Below the pieces are notes generated by a model that made no database searches, had not been told where the DNA came from, and saw only the letters and a list, made by a program, of their open reading frames with translations. Below, piece by piece: positions 8,104-15,842 of a stretch of DNA of 32,000 nt. Source of the stretch: Peptococcaceae bacterium BICA1-7 (lineage in GTDB: Bacteria; Bacillota; Desulfotomaculia; Desulfotomaculales; Desulfocucumaceae); assembly GCA_000802095.1 (NCBI GenBank), contig JUEB01000024.1:188277-220276 (forward strand), given 5' to 3'. Positions within the stretch are counted from its first letter, which is position 1; each line of letters opens with the position of its first letter. Both the position numbers and the translations under genes were made by a program.

Positions 8104-8298
8104 TGCTGAAGCTGAGGTATTCCTTTGAGGACAGGAATGTCCCCGATTATATGGCGTGACACACTAAACATGGTAAGGGGATACAACTCCTCTTTAGAGT
8201 TTAGCTTCAGGGCCGGAGGAATGTCCCCGATCGGGATGGCTGGGATACACCGAACAGGATCGAACAGTGATTGCTTTGGGTGTTGGAGGAATGTCTCT
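8093..8298 (+). repeat. Three chained hairpin repeat units (third degenerate) upstream of hypF
   Basis: Unit 1: GGGGACACACCTGC (8093-8106), N24, ACAGGAATGTCCCC (8131-8144). Unit 2: GGGGATACAACTCC (8177-8190), N24, GGAGGAATGTCCCC (8215-8228), then the linker GATCGGGATGGC. Unit 3: TGGGATACACC (8241-8251) ... GGAGGAATGTCTC (8285-8297). Confidence 0.85.
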
Positions 8299-8316
8299 GG
8301 TTAAGGAGGGGTATGC

Positions 8317-10722
8317 GTGGGGGAGTGCAGGAGCTGCCGGATTATATATACCGGTACCGTCCAGGGTGTGGGCTTTCGCCCCTATGTGTACAATCTGGCC
8401 AGGTCCCTGGGCCTTAGCGGAGCGGTGGGCAACACCGGGGAAGGTGTGCTGGTGGAGTTGGAAGGGGAGGCTGAAAGGGTAAATAAATTCATCCGTGAGA
8501 TGGAATTCAATCATCCGGCTCTGGCCCGGATTAATAAGTTCGATATAATTCCTGCCCCCCAAAGGGGCTTTAAGGGATTCACAATAATGCCCAGTGAAGG
8601 TTTACCCAAAGGAGTTTCGGTGGTGCCGCCGGATGCGGCCCTCTGTTCCCAGTGCCGGGAGGAGACACTTTCCCGCCGGGACCGGCGCTACCTTTACCCC
8701 TTTACCAACTGCACCAACTGCGGGCCCAGGTTTACCATATCTGCCAGGCTGCCCTATGACCGGGTGAATACAACCATGGAGGTTTTCTCCATGTGCCCGG
8801 AATGTGCACTGGAATACAATAATCCTCAGGATCGCAGGTATCATGCCCAGCCGGTGGCCTGCCCGGTTTGCGGGCCTCAGGTATGGCTCACCGACGGCCT
8901 GGGGAATCGCCTGGAGGGCCTCTGGGCCAGTGAGTGCGGGAGATTGCTTAACGAAGGAGCTATACTGGCGGTGAAGGGGCTGGGGGGATTCCACCTGGTG
9001 TGTGATGCCTTCCAGGGGGAAGCAATTATTAAATTACGAAAAAAAAAGAGACGGCCCGCCAAGCCTCTGGCGGTGATGTGCCGGGATATGGACACTGTAA
9101 GAGAGCACTGCATGGTTACTCCCCGGGAGGAAGAATTATTGCAATCACACCATGCTCCCATTGTATTGCTTTCCAGGAACGGCAGGAACAGCCTGCCGGG
9201 AGAGCTGGCCCCGGGGATGGACACCCTGGGTGTAATGCTTCCTTATACCCCGATGCATCTGGTCTTATTGAACAGCTCAGCTCCTGTTCTGGTCATGACC
9301 AGCGGTAACAGCAGCGGTTTGCCCCTGGTTATTGATAATCAGAGGGCATATGCGGAACTTGGCGGAATTGCTGATTTCTTCCTTATGCATAACCGTGAAA
9401 TATTGAATCGCTGTGATGACTCAGTGGTGGCTGTTCATTCGGGAGGGGAACATTTTTTCCGGCGTTCCCGGGGTTACGTGCCGACACCCGTGGAGGTGCC
9501 CTTCAGGGAGGGACCGGTGGTGCTGGGGAGCGGTGGGGAGATGAAAAATACCTTTTGCATTTTAAAAGATGGAAATGCCTATTTAAGCCAGTATATTGGG
9601 GATATTTCACTGCTGGAGGGGCAGGAGGCATATATAAGTTCTTTTGAAAATTACTGCCGCCTTTTGGGTATAAACCCTGAAGTGGTGGCTCTGGATGCCC
9701 ACCCTGATTACCATGTGGCCGGATTAACCTCCTCTGTGCAGGGCCGGCGGTTTAACGTGCAGCATCATCATGCTCATATGGCGGCCTGTATGGCGGAAAA
9801 TGGTATTGACAGGCCGGTAATAGGGCTAATCCTGGATGGTACTGGATATGGTCTGGATGGGAATATATGGGGTTTTGAGGTTTTAACCGGTGACTATGTT
9901 AATTTTACCAGGGCTTCTCATTTAGACTACCTGCCACTGCCAGGAGGAGAAAGGGCTGTAAAAAACCCCTGGGTATGCGCGGCAGCCACCTTAATCCATT
10001 TTCTGGGGGACAGTGGATATCAGTCTGCCCGGTCTCTTTTTCCTGATAAGTCACCTGAAATAGCAACTATTAAAAAGATGATGAAAGAGAATATAAACTG
10101 CCCCCCGGCCTCCAGCTGTGGGCGGCTATTTGACTCAGTGGCCGCTATGCTGGGCATTTGTATGGTGAATACCTATGATGGCCAGGCAGCCATTGAGCTG
10201 GGCGATATGGTCAATAAGGAATGGGGACACACCATCAGCGGAAAGGGGACACACCTCTATAGGAAGCCTGGCTCTGGGGTCGGAGGAATGTCCCCGATTG
10301 GAAATGGCTCTGGGGTCGGAGGAATGTCCCCAATCGGTGAAGGACTGGCTATAAATCCTTACCGTTATACAATTAACGGGGATGTTATCGATCCGGCGTG
10401 TATGTTCGAGGCCATTTTAAAAGATTTGCAGTCAGGCATACCGGTTAGTGCAATTGCCCGCCGTTTTCATGATACGGTGGCGGCTATGGCGGTGGAGGGG
10501 GCGGTTAAGGCCAGAAAGGAAAAAGTAATAAACAGTGTGGTATTAAGTGGGGGCTGCTGGCACAATAAATACCTTTTTGAAACTACACTCCAACTACTGC
10601 AAAGTAAGGGATTTGATGTCCACTATCACCGCCTTGTTCCCCCGGGTGATGGGGGAATATCGCTGGGGCAGGCGGTAGTGGGCTATAAGAGATGGAAGAA
10701 TTGCAGTTCAACTGTTATGTGA
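8317..10722 (+). CDS. hypF: Carbamoyltransferase HypF (carries an in-frame repeat-derived insertion)
   Basis: 801 aa. GTG start 7 nt after SD AAGGAGG. Acylphosphatase motif VQGVGFRP, four CxxC zinc-finger motifs, YrdC-like LAVKGLGGFHL, and a Kae1-like C-terminal domain ending PPGDGGISLGQ. Confidence 0.9.
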   Translation: MGECRSCRIIYTGTVQGVGFRPYVYNLARSLGLSGAVGNTGEGVLVELEGEAERVNKFIREMEFNHPALARINKFDIIPAPQRGFKGFTIMPSEGLPKGVSVVPPDAALCSQCREETLSRRDRRYLYPFTNCTNCGPRFTISARLPYDRVNTTMEVFSMCPECALEYNNPQDRRYHAQPVACPVCGPQVWLTDGLGNRLEGLWASECGRLLNEGAILAVKGLGGFHLVCDAFQGEAIIKLRKKKRRPAKPLAVMCRDMDTVREHCMVTPREEELLQSHHAPIVLLSRNGRNSLPGELAPGMDTLGVMLPYTPMHLVLLNSSAPVLVMTSGNSSGLPLVIDNQRAYAELGGIADFFLMHNREILNRCDDSVVAVHSGGEHFFRRSRGYVPTPVEVPFREGPVVLGSGGEMKNTFCILKDGNAYLSQYIGDISLLEGQEAYISSFENYCRLLGINPEVVALDAHPDYHVAGLTSSVQGRRFNVQHHHAHMAACMAENGIDRPVIGLILDGTGYGLDGNIWGFEVLTGDYVNFTRASHLDYLPLPGGERAVKNPWVCAAATLIHFLGDSGYQSARSLFPDKSPEIATIKKMMKENINCPPASSCGRLFDSVAAMLGICMVNTYDGQAAIELGDMVNKEWGHTISGKGTHLYRKPGSGVGGMSPIGNGSGVGGMSPIGEGLAINPYRYTINGDVIDPACMFEAILKDLQSGIPVSAIARRFHDTVAAMAVEGAVKARKEKVINSVVLSGGCWHNKYLFETTLQLLQSKGFDVHYHRLVPPGDGGISLGQAVVGYKRWKNCSSTVM
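10206..10340 (+). repeat. Composite copy of the hairpin repeat family inside the hypF reading frame
   Basis: TCAATAAGGAATGGGGACACACC (10211-10233) is identical to 26839-26861. A 22-bp-spaced second GGGGACACACC sits at 10245-10255. GGAGGAATGTCCCC is at 10282-10295. A 36-bp tandem duplication covers 10269-10304 and 10305-10340. The outer boundaries are approximate. Confidence 0.85.
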
Positions 10723-10960
10723 TAGACGATTGTATTTTTATATTAAAAAATCTGAATATAAAAAATATAAAATTAATTTTAATATGCAAAAAACTGTCAT
10801 CATATAGTGAACACTGTATTTTTATTAGCAGATAGCATACGGGAAGGGAGGTCATATATGGAAAATAACAGCGAATGATTATCCTCAAACGTTACAAAAA
10901 TTACACTCTTACCGGGAAAGAAAAAGTTAAGGAATATGACTTTGAGGACAAGGAGGAAAG

Positions 10961-12997
10961 ATGGTGTCTAAAACAGGTGTTTACGTCTGTCATTGCGGCG
11001 AAAACATTGCCGGGTCAGTGGACGTTGCCAAAGTGGTAAACTATTCCACAACACTGCCTGGAGTCTCTGTGTCCAGGGAATATCTGTTTATGTGCTCAGA
11101 CCCTGGCCAGGAATTAATCCGCAAGGACATTGAAGCTGGGATTGTTGACCGGGTGGTGGTGGCCGCCTGCACTCCCCGCACCCATGAGCCCATATTCAGG
11201 AAGGCCCTGGAAGATGCCGGGTTAAACCAGTATCTTTTTGAGATGGCCAATATTAGGGACCAGGACAGCTGGGCGCACTGGGGAGATAAGGAAGGCGCTA
11301 CCCAAAAGGCCCAAAGGCTTATTGCCAGCGCGGTGGCCAAGGCCAATTTACTGCAGCCGCTGCAGCAAAGGTATGTGGAGGTGGAGAAATCCACACTGGT
11401 GGTGGGCGCCGGGGTTAGCGGCATGTTTGCCGCCCTGGACCTGGCAGGCATGGGCTATAAGGTCTGGCTTTTAGACCGCAACCCCTCGGTGGGAGGAAAT
11501 ATGGCCAAGCTGGACAAAACTTTTCCCACCAATGACTGCTCCGCCTGTATCCTTACCCCTGTCATGGTGCAGGTGGCCAACCATCCCAACATTGAGCTGC
11601 TTACCTACTCCGAGGTGGAGGCTGTAAATGGCTCCATAGGTAATTTTAATGTAACCGTCCGGAAGAAACAGACCTATATTGACTGGGATAAGTGCACCGG
11701 GTGCGGTGACTGCGTCACTGCCTGCCTTGGTAAAACAGACAATGAATTTAATGAAGGCCTGGACAGCCGTAAAGCTCTTTACATAGCCTTTCCCCAGGCT
11801 GTGCCCAAAAGGGCGGTGCTGGACCAGGATAGCTGTATAAACTGTGCCGGATCACATATTGGCAAAGAGCACAAGATCAATGCCAAATCGGGGGAACCCA
11901 TGCTGGCCCCCTGTGAAAAGGTTTGCAAAACCGGCGCCTGTGACCGCACCCTGGCCCATGACAGCGGGGGCGAAAGCTTTGATATTAACGTGGGCACCAT
12001 TATAGTTGCCTCCGGCTACCAGGCTATGCCCAAAGAACCCTTTAAAGAATATTCCCCGGATTCCCCCAATGTAATTACCTGCATGCAGCTGGAGCGTATT
12101 CTTTCGGCCACCGGCCCCACGGACGGTGAATTCCACCGCCCCTCAGACGGCCAAAAGCCTAAAACTGTGGCCTTTATATCCTGTGTGGGCAGCCGGGATA
12201 AAAACCATCATGTATACTGCTCCAAGGTATGCTGCATGTACATGCTCAAAGAGGCCAGGCTGATCAAGGAGAAATACCCCGAAACCGAGGTTTATATTTT
12301 CTTCATTGATGTCAGGACCCCGGGTAAGGATTTTGAAGAATACTACAATTACTGCCGGGAACTGGGCATTAAGATTGTCCGGGGCCGGGTGGGGGCAGTG
12401 GATCAGCTGCCGGGTGACGGCCTGAGGGTCAGGGCCTATGACGTGGATATGGACACCCCGGTGACTTTAGAAGCCGACCTGGTGGCTCTGGCCACAGCCA
12501 TGGAGCCCTCCGCCGGTCTGGCTGACCTGGGCAGAAAACTGGGGATTACCTGCGGGTCCGAAGGATTTTTAAAGGAAGTGCACACAAAGCTATATCCTGT
12601 GGAAACATCGGTAAAGGGTATATATATTGCCGGCTGTGCCCAGGGGCCCAAGGATATTCCGGAATCGGTCTCCCAGTCCAGAGCGGCTTCTTCTGCGGCT
12701 GCGGTGCCTCTGACTGCCGGCAGGGTTCCGGTGGAGCCCTTCAGCTCTTCGGTGGATCAGGAAAAATGCAGCGGCTGCGGGATATGTGTGCCTCTTTGCC
12801 CTTATTCGGCCATCAGCCGGGAAGAAATTGACGGAAAGGTACGGGCCGGCATTGAAATAGCTCTTTGCGCCGGCTGCGGTGTCTGCGCTGCCGCCTGTCC
12901 CTCTCTGGCCATAACACTGCAGGGATTTACCGCTGATCAGATTTTTGCCCAGATCGACGCTCTTACAAGCGTGGCGGGAGGTGGACCAATTGATTAG
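10961..12997 (+). CDS. hdrA: Heterodisulfide reductase subunit A-like flavoprotein (HdrA)
   Basis: 678 aa with SD AGGAGG upstream. N-terminal VYVCHCGENI, FAD-binding fold VVGAGVSGMFAALDLA ... SVGGNM, several CxxCxxC [4Fe-4S] motifs, and a C-terminal ferredoxin pair CSGCGICVPLCP / CAGCGVCAAACP. Confidence 0.9.
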   Translation: MVSKTGVYVCHCGENIAGSVDVAKVVNYSTTLPGVSVSREYLFMCSDPGQELIRKDIEAGIVDRVVVAACTPRTHEPIFRKALEDAGLNQYLFEMANIRDQDSWAHWGDKEGATQKAQRLIASAVAKANLLQPLQQRYVEVEKSTLVVGAGVSGMFAALDLAGMGYKVWLLDRNPSVGGNMAKLDKTFPTNDCSACILTPVMVQVANHPNIELLTYSEVEAVNGSIGNFNVTVRKKQTYIDWDKCTGCGDCVTACLGKTDNEFNEGLDSRKALYIAFPQAVPKRAVLDQDSCINCAGSHIGKEHKINAKSGEPMLAPCEKVCKTGACDRTLAHDSGGESFDINVGTIIVASGYQAMPKEPFKEYSPDSPNVITCMQLERILSATGPTDGEFHRPSDGQKPKTVAFISCVGSRDKNHHVYCSKVCCMYMLKEARLIKEKYPETEVYIFFIDVRTPGKDFEEYYNYCRELGIKIVRGRVGAVDQLPGDGLRVRAYDVDMDTPVTLEADLVALATAMEPSAGLADLGRKLGITCGSEGFLKEVHTKLYPVETSVKGIYIAGCAQGPKDIPESVSQSRAASSAAAVPLTAGRVPVEPFSSSVDQEKCSGCGICVPLCPYSAISREEIDGKVRAGIEIALCAGCGVCAAACPSLAITLQGFTADQIFAQIDALTSVAGGGPID

Positions 12998-13559
12998 TGA
13001 GTCTGAAAATATTGTGTTTAATCTATCTGAGGGTGAGCCCAGATTTGTGGCGCAAATAAAGGAATTGGGCGGCGAGGAGATACTTGAGTGCATTCAGTGC
13101 GGCAAATGTGCCGCTGTATGTCCCATGGCCCTGGCCGGATTTCCCATATTCAACAAAAAACTGATTCAGGCAATCTTTTTAGGGGCCAGGGAGGCGCTTC
13201 TGGATGACTCCTCCATCTGGGCCTGCCAGTCCTGCAACCGCTGTACCGAGATTTGCCCCAGGGACGTAAGGCCCTTCGAGATAATTTTAGCCATGCGCCG
13301 GGTGGCGGTGCGCGAATTTGCCGTTCCGGCAATGTCTGTTGAGGGGCTTAAATCCCTTTATGATGTGGGGCACGCCGTGTATCTGAAGGATTCCGGGCAA
13401 ACCAGGCAAAAGGTGGGCCTGCCGGAAAAACCCCCCAGCGTAATAGCCTTTCCTAAGGCACTTAAAGAATTACAGGCCATTTTACACCAGTCCGCCCTGT
13501 GGGAAATTGGCATAATCCCCATGGAAGGCAATGAAATGGCCGATACTTGTGAGGTGTAG
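12990..13559 (+). CDS. hdrC: Heterodisulfide reductase subunit C (HdrC)
   Basis: Two ferredoxin-like motifs, CIQCGKCAAVCP and CQSCNRCTEICP. The track ORF starts at 12945. The in-frame TTG at 12990, preceded by GGGAGGTGG and overlapping the hdrA stop, is my preferred start. The start is uncertain. Confidence 0.8.
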   Translation: MISESENIVFNLSEGEPRFVAQIKELGGEEILECIQCGKCAAVCPMALAGFPIFNKKLIQAIFLGAREALLDDSSIWACQSCNRCTEICPRDVRPFEIILAMRRVAVREFAVPAMSVEGLKSLYDVGHAVYLKDSGQTRQKVGLPEKPPSVIAFPKALKELQAILHQSALWEIGIIPMEGNEMADTCEV

Positions 13560-13562
13560 TGA

Positions 13563-14462
13563 ATGAAAGTAGGATTTTTTATTGGCTGCAATACTGCCTT
13601 TAACCGCCCCGATCTGGAGCAGGCAGTGCGCTTTTCCTACCCTCACCTGGGGGTGGAAATTGATGATCTGGAGGGCCAGTCCTGCTGCCCCAGTTGGGGG
13701 ACCATGCCCTCGGTGGATTTGGCGGGGTGGAGCGCGGTCAGCGCCAGGAACTTCTGCCTGGCGGAGGAAAAAGACCTGGATATTGTTACTGTTTGCGGCA
13801 GCTGTTACGGCTCTCTGGCAGAAACAAGGCACAGCCTGCAAAAAGATCCGGACCTCAGAGAAAAGGTTAACGGAATATTAGAGGGACTGGGCAGGAATTA
13901 CCGGGGCAGCGCCAATGTATACCAGTCGGTGGGTTATCTTTATAAAAAAATAGATATTGATAAGGTCAGGCAGTCCCTGAAGTACAGCCTGGCAGGACTG
14001 AAGGTGGCGCTGCAGCCGGGCTGCCATACCCTCTGGCCCAGTAAGATATATGTGGACAGGGAAGAGGATAGCTTCCACCCCCATATACTGAAGGATATGT
14101 GCCAGGCCCTGGGCGCCGATGTTGCCGACTACAGCCGGATGACAGACTGCTGCGGCATGGGGGGGATGAGAAGCGCCGATATGGAAAGGTCCTTCAACCT
14201 CCTCAATGTAAAACTCAAATCTATAAAGGAAGAGGCAGATCCGGACCTGATCGTTACCGGCTGCAGCTCCTGTCTTATACAAATAGACACTGCCCAGGGA
14301 CAGCTTTATAAAGACGGGAAGATTAAATTTCAAATACCTGTGCTGCACTATATGCAGCTGCTGGCCCTGTGCCTGGGAGGAGAGCCGGAGAAGGTGGCCG
14401 GGCTGGCCAAAACCAGTGTCAGCGGGGTAATAAATAAGATCCGGGGTGATAGCAATGTCTGA
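13563..14462 (+). CDS. hdrB: Heterodisulfide reductase subunit B (HdrB), two CCG domains
   Basis: 299 aa. Cys-rich CCG-type motifs CCPSWG, CGSCY, PGCH, DCCGMGG, TGCSSC. Confidence 0.9.
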   Translation: MKVGFFIGCNTAFNRPDLEQAVRFSYPHLGVEIDDLEGQSCCPSWGTMPSVDLAGWSAVSARNFCLAEEKDLDIVTVCGSCYGSLAETRHSLQKDPDLREKVNGILEGLGRNYRGSANVYQSVGYLYKKIDIDKVRQSLKYSLAGLKVALQPGCHTLWPSKIYVDREEDSFHPHILKDMCQALGADVADYSRMTDCCGMGGMRSADMERSFNLLNVKLKSIKEEADPDLIVTGCSSCLIQIDTAQGQLYKDGKIKFQIPVLHYMQLLALCLGGEPEKVAGLAKTSVSGVINKIRGDSNV

Positions 14463-14877
14463 CTGGAAGCCTAATATTATAGTATTTGCGTGCAACTGGT
14501 GTACTTACCAGGGCGCTGACCTGGCCGGCAGCCTCAGGTACAAATATCCAAGCAGCATTAACATCGTCCGGGTGCCCTGCAGTGGGTCCATCGAGGCGGA
14601 GTACATAGTGGAGGCATTGCATAAAGGGGCCGATGGAGTGCTGGTGGGTGGCTGCCACCCTGGTGACTGTCACTATAAAGAGGGAAATCATAAGGCTTTA
14701 CGGCGTTTCAATCTGTTGCACAGATTGCTGGTAGATATGGGGGTCGAGCCTGAAAGGGTGAGGCTGGAATGGATTTCCGGGTCTGAGGGAAAACGCTTCG
14801 CCCAGGTGATGAACGAATTTGACGCCACCATCCGGAAATTGGGCCCAAGCCCCAACGGGAGGAATGGAAATGCCTGA
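14455..14877 (+). CDS. mvhD: Methyl-viologen-reducing hydrogenase delta subunit (MvhD)
   Basis: From the ATG at 14455 the protein begins MSDWKPNIIVFACNWCTY. Other motifs are VPCSGSI and GGCHPGDCHY. The track ORF begins at GTG 14446. The gene overlaps the hdrB stop. Confidence 0.85.
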   Translation: MSDWKPNIIVFACNWCTYQGADLAGSLRYKYPSSINIVRVPCSGSIEAEYIVEALHKGADGVLVGGCHPGDCHYKEGNHKALRRFNLLHRLLVDMGVEPERVRLEWISGSEGKRFAQVMNEFDATIRKLGPSPNGRNGNA

Positions 14878-15829
14878 AAAGATAAAATTAGCCTATCTAT
14901 TGGCGGGGGGTTGCGCCGGCTGTGACATGGCGGTGGTTGACCTGTCGGAAACACTTTTGGATGTGCTGCCCCATCTGGATATAGTCTTTTGGGCCCCAAC
15001 TGTGGCCGATGTAAAGTACAAGGACCTGGAGGCCATGCCCGATAAAAGCATAGATCTGGGCCTTGTTTCCGGAATGATCAGGCTTGCCGAGCAGGAGCAC
15101 ATGACCAGAGTTATGCGCCGCAAATGTAAGGCGCTGGTGGCATTGGGAGCCTGCGCCTCCCTGGGGGGCATTCCGGGAATGGCCAATATGCACACCAAAA
15201 AGGATATATTTGATACTGCTTATTTTGATACTTACAGTACTGATAATCCTGAGGGTATTACCCCCCAGACCAAATGTCTGGTGGACGGTAAGTATGAGCT
15301 GACCCTGCCGGAATTTTATGAAAATGTGCGGCCTATTTCAGCAGTGGTGGAGGTGGACTATTTCACCGGTGGCTGTCCTCCTCATCACTCCTTTGTAGGG
15401 GCCGCGTTAATGGCTGTGCTGGAAGGCAAGCTGCCTCCCCCGGGGTCCTGGCTGACCTCCGGCAAGGCGGTCTGCGATGTGTGCTCCCGCAATCCCGGGC
15501 TTAAAGGTCAGGAGAGGGAGCTTATCAAGGAGGTCCGGAGGGTGGTGGACGGACAGCCGGATCAGGAAAAATGCCTGCTTCAAGAGGGATATATCTGTCT
15601 GGGTGCGGTAACCCAGGGGGACTGCAATGCCCAGTGCCCAGGTGTTAATATTCCGTGCCGGGGCTGCGGCGGGCCCATCCCGGGGGTGAAGGACTTCGGC
15701 CTCAGGGCTGTGAGCGCTATAGCCGCCTCAATGGCTGATGAAAAATTAGTTGACCAGATTGATTGTCCGGCAAAGCTTTTTTACCGTTATTCCCTGCCCT
15801 CATCCATTCTGGGCGGAAAGCTGAAATAA
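14870..15829 (+). CDS. mvhG: [NiFe] hydrogenase small subunit, Mvh/F420-non-reducing type (MvhG)
   Basis: GGCAGCDMAVVD, GACASLGGIP and distal Cys clusters. ATG at 14870 lies 7 nt after GGGAGG. ATG at 14864 is an alternative, and the track ORF starts at 14819. Confidence 0.85.
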   Translation: MPEKIKLAYLLAGGCAGCDMAVVDLSETLLDVLPHLDIVFWAPTVADVKYKDLEAMPDKSIDLGLVSGMIRLAEQEHMTRVMRRKCKALVALGACASLGGIPGMANMHTKKDIFDTAYFDTYSTDNPEGITPQTKCLVDGKYELTLPEFYENVRPISAVVEVDYFTGGCPPHHSFVGAALMAVLEGKLPPPGSWLTSGKAVCDVCSRNPGLKGQERELIKEVRRVVDGQPDQEKCLLQEGYICLGAVTQGDCNAQCPGVNIPCRGCGGPIPGVKDFGLRAVSAIAASMADEKLVDQIDCPAKLFYRYSLPSSILGGKLK

Positions 15830-15842
15830 GGAGTGGAAATAA

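Noticed and set aside
8025-8159. A 44-codon ORF (MGTHRKRKGDTPKAERGHTESGKGTHLLKLRYSFEDRNVPDYMA) starting right after, and in frame with, the hypE TGA. It could be a readthrough extension or a small protein.
   Set aside because: It has no SD. The sequence is simply the 22-mer read in three phases. An open stretch of 44 codons is not statistically unusual. HypE function requires its C-terminal Cys (PRIC) to be terminal, so readthrough would be deleterious.
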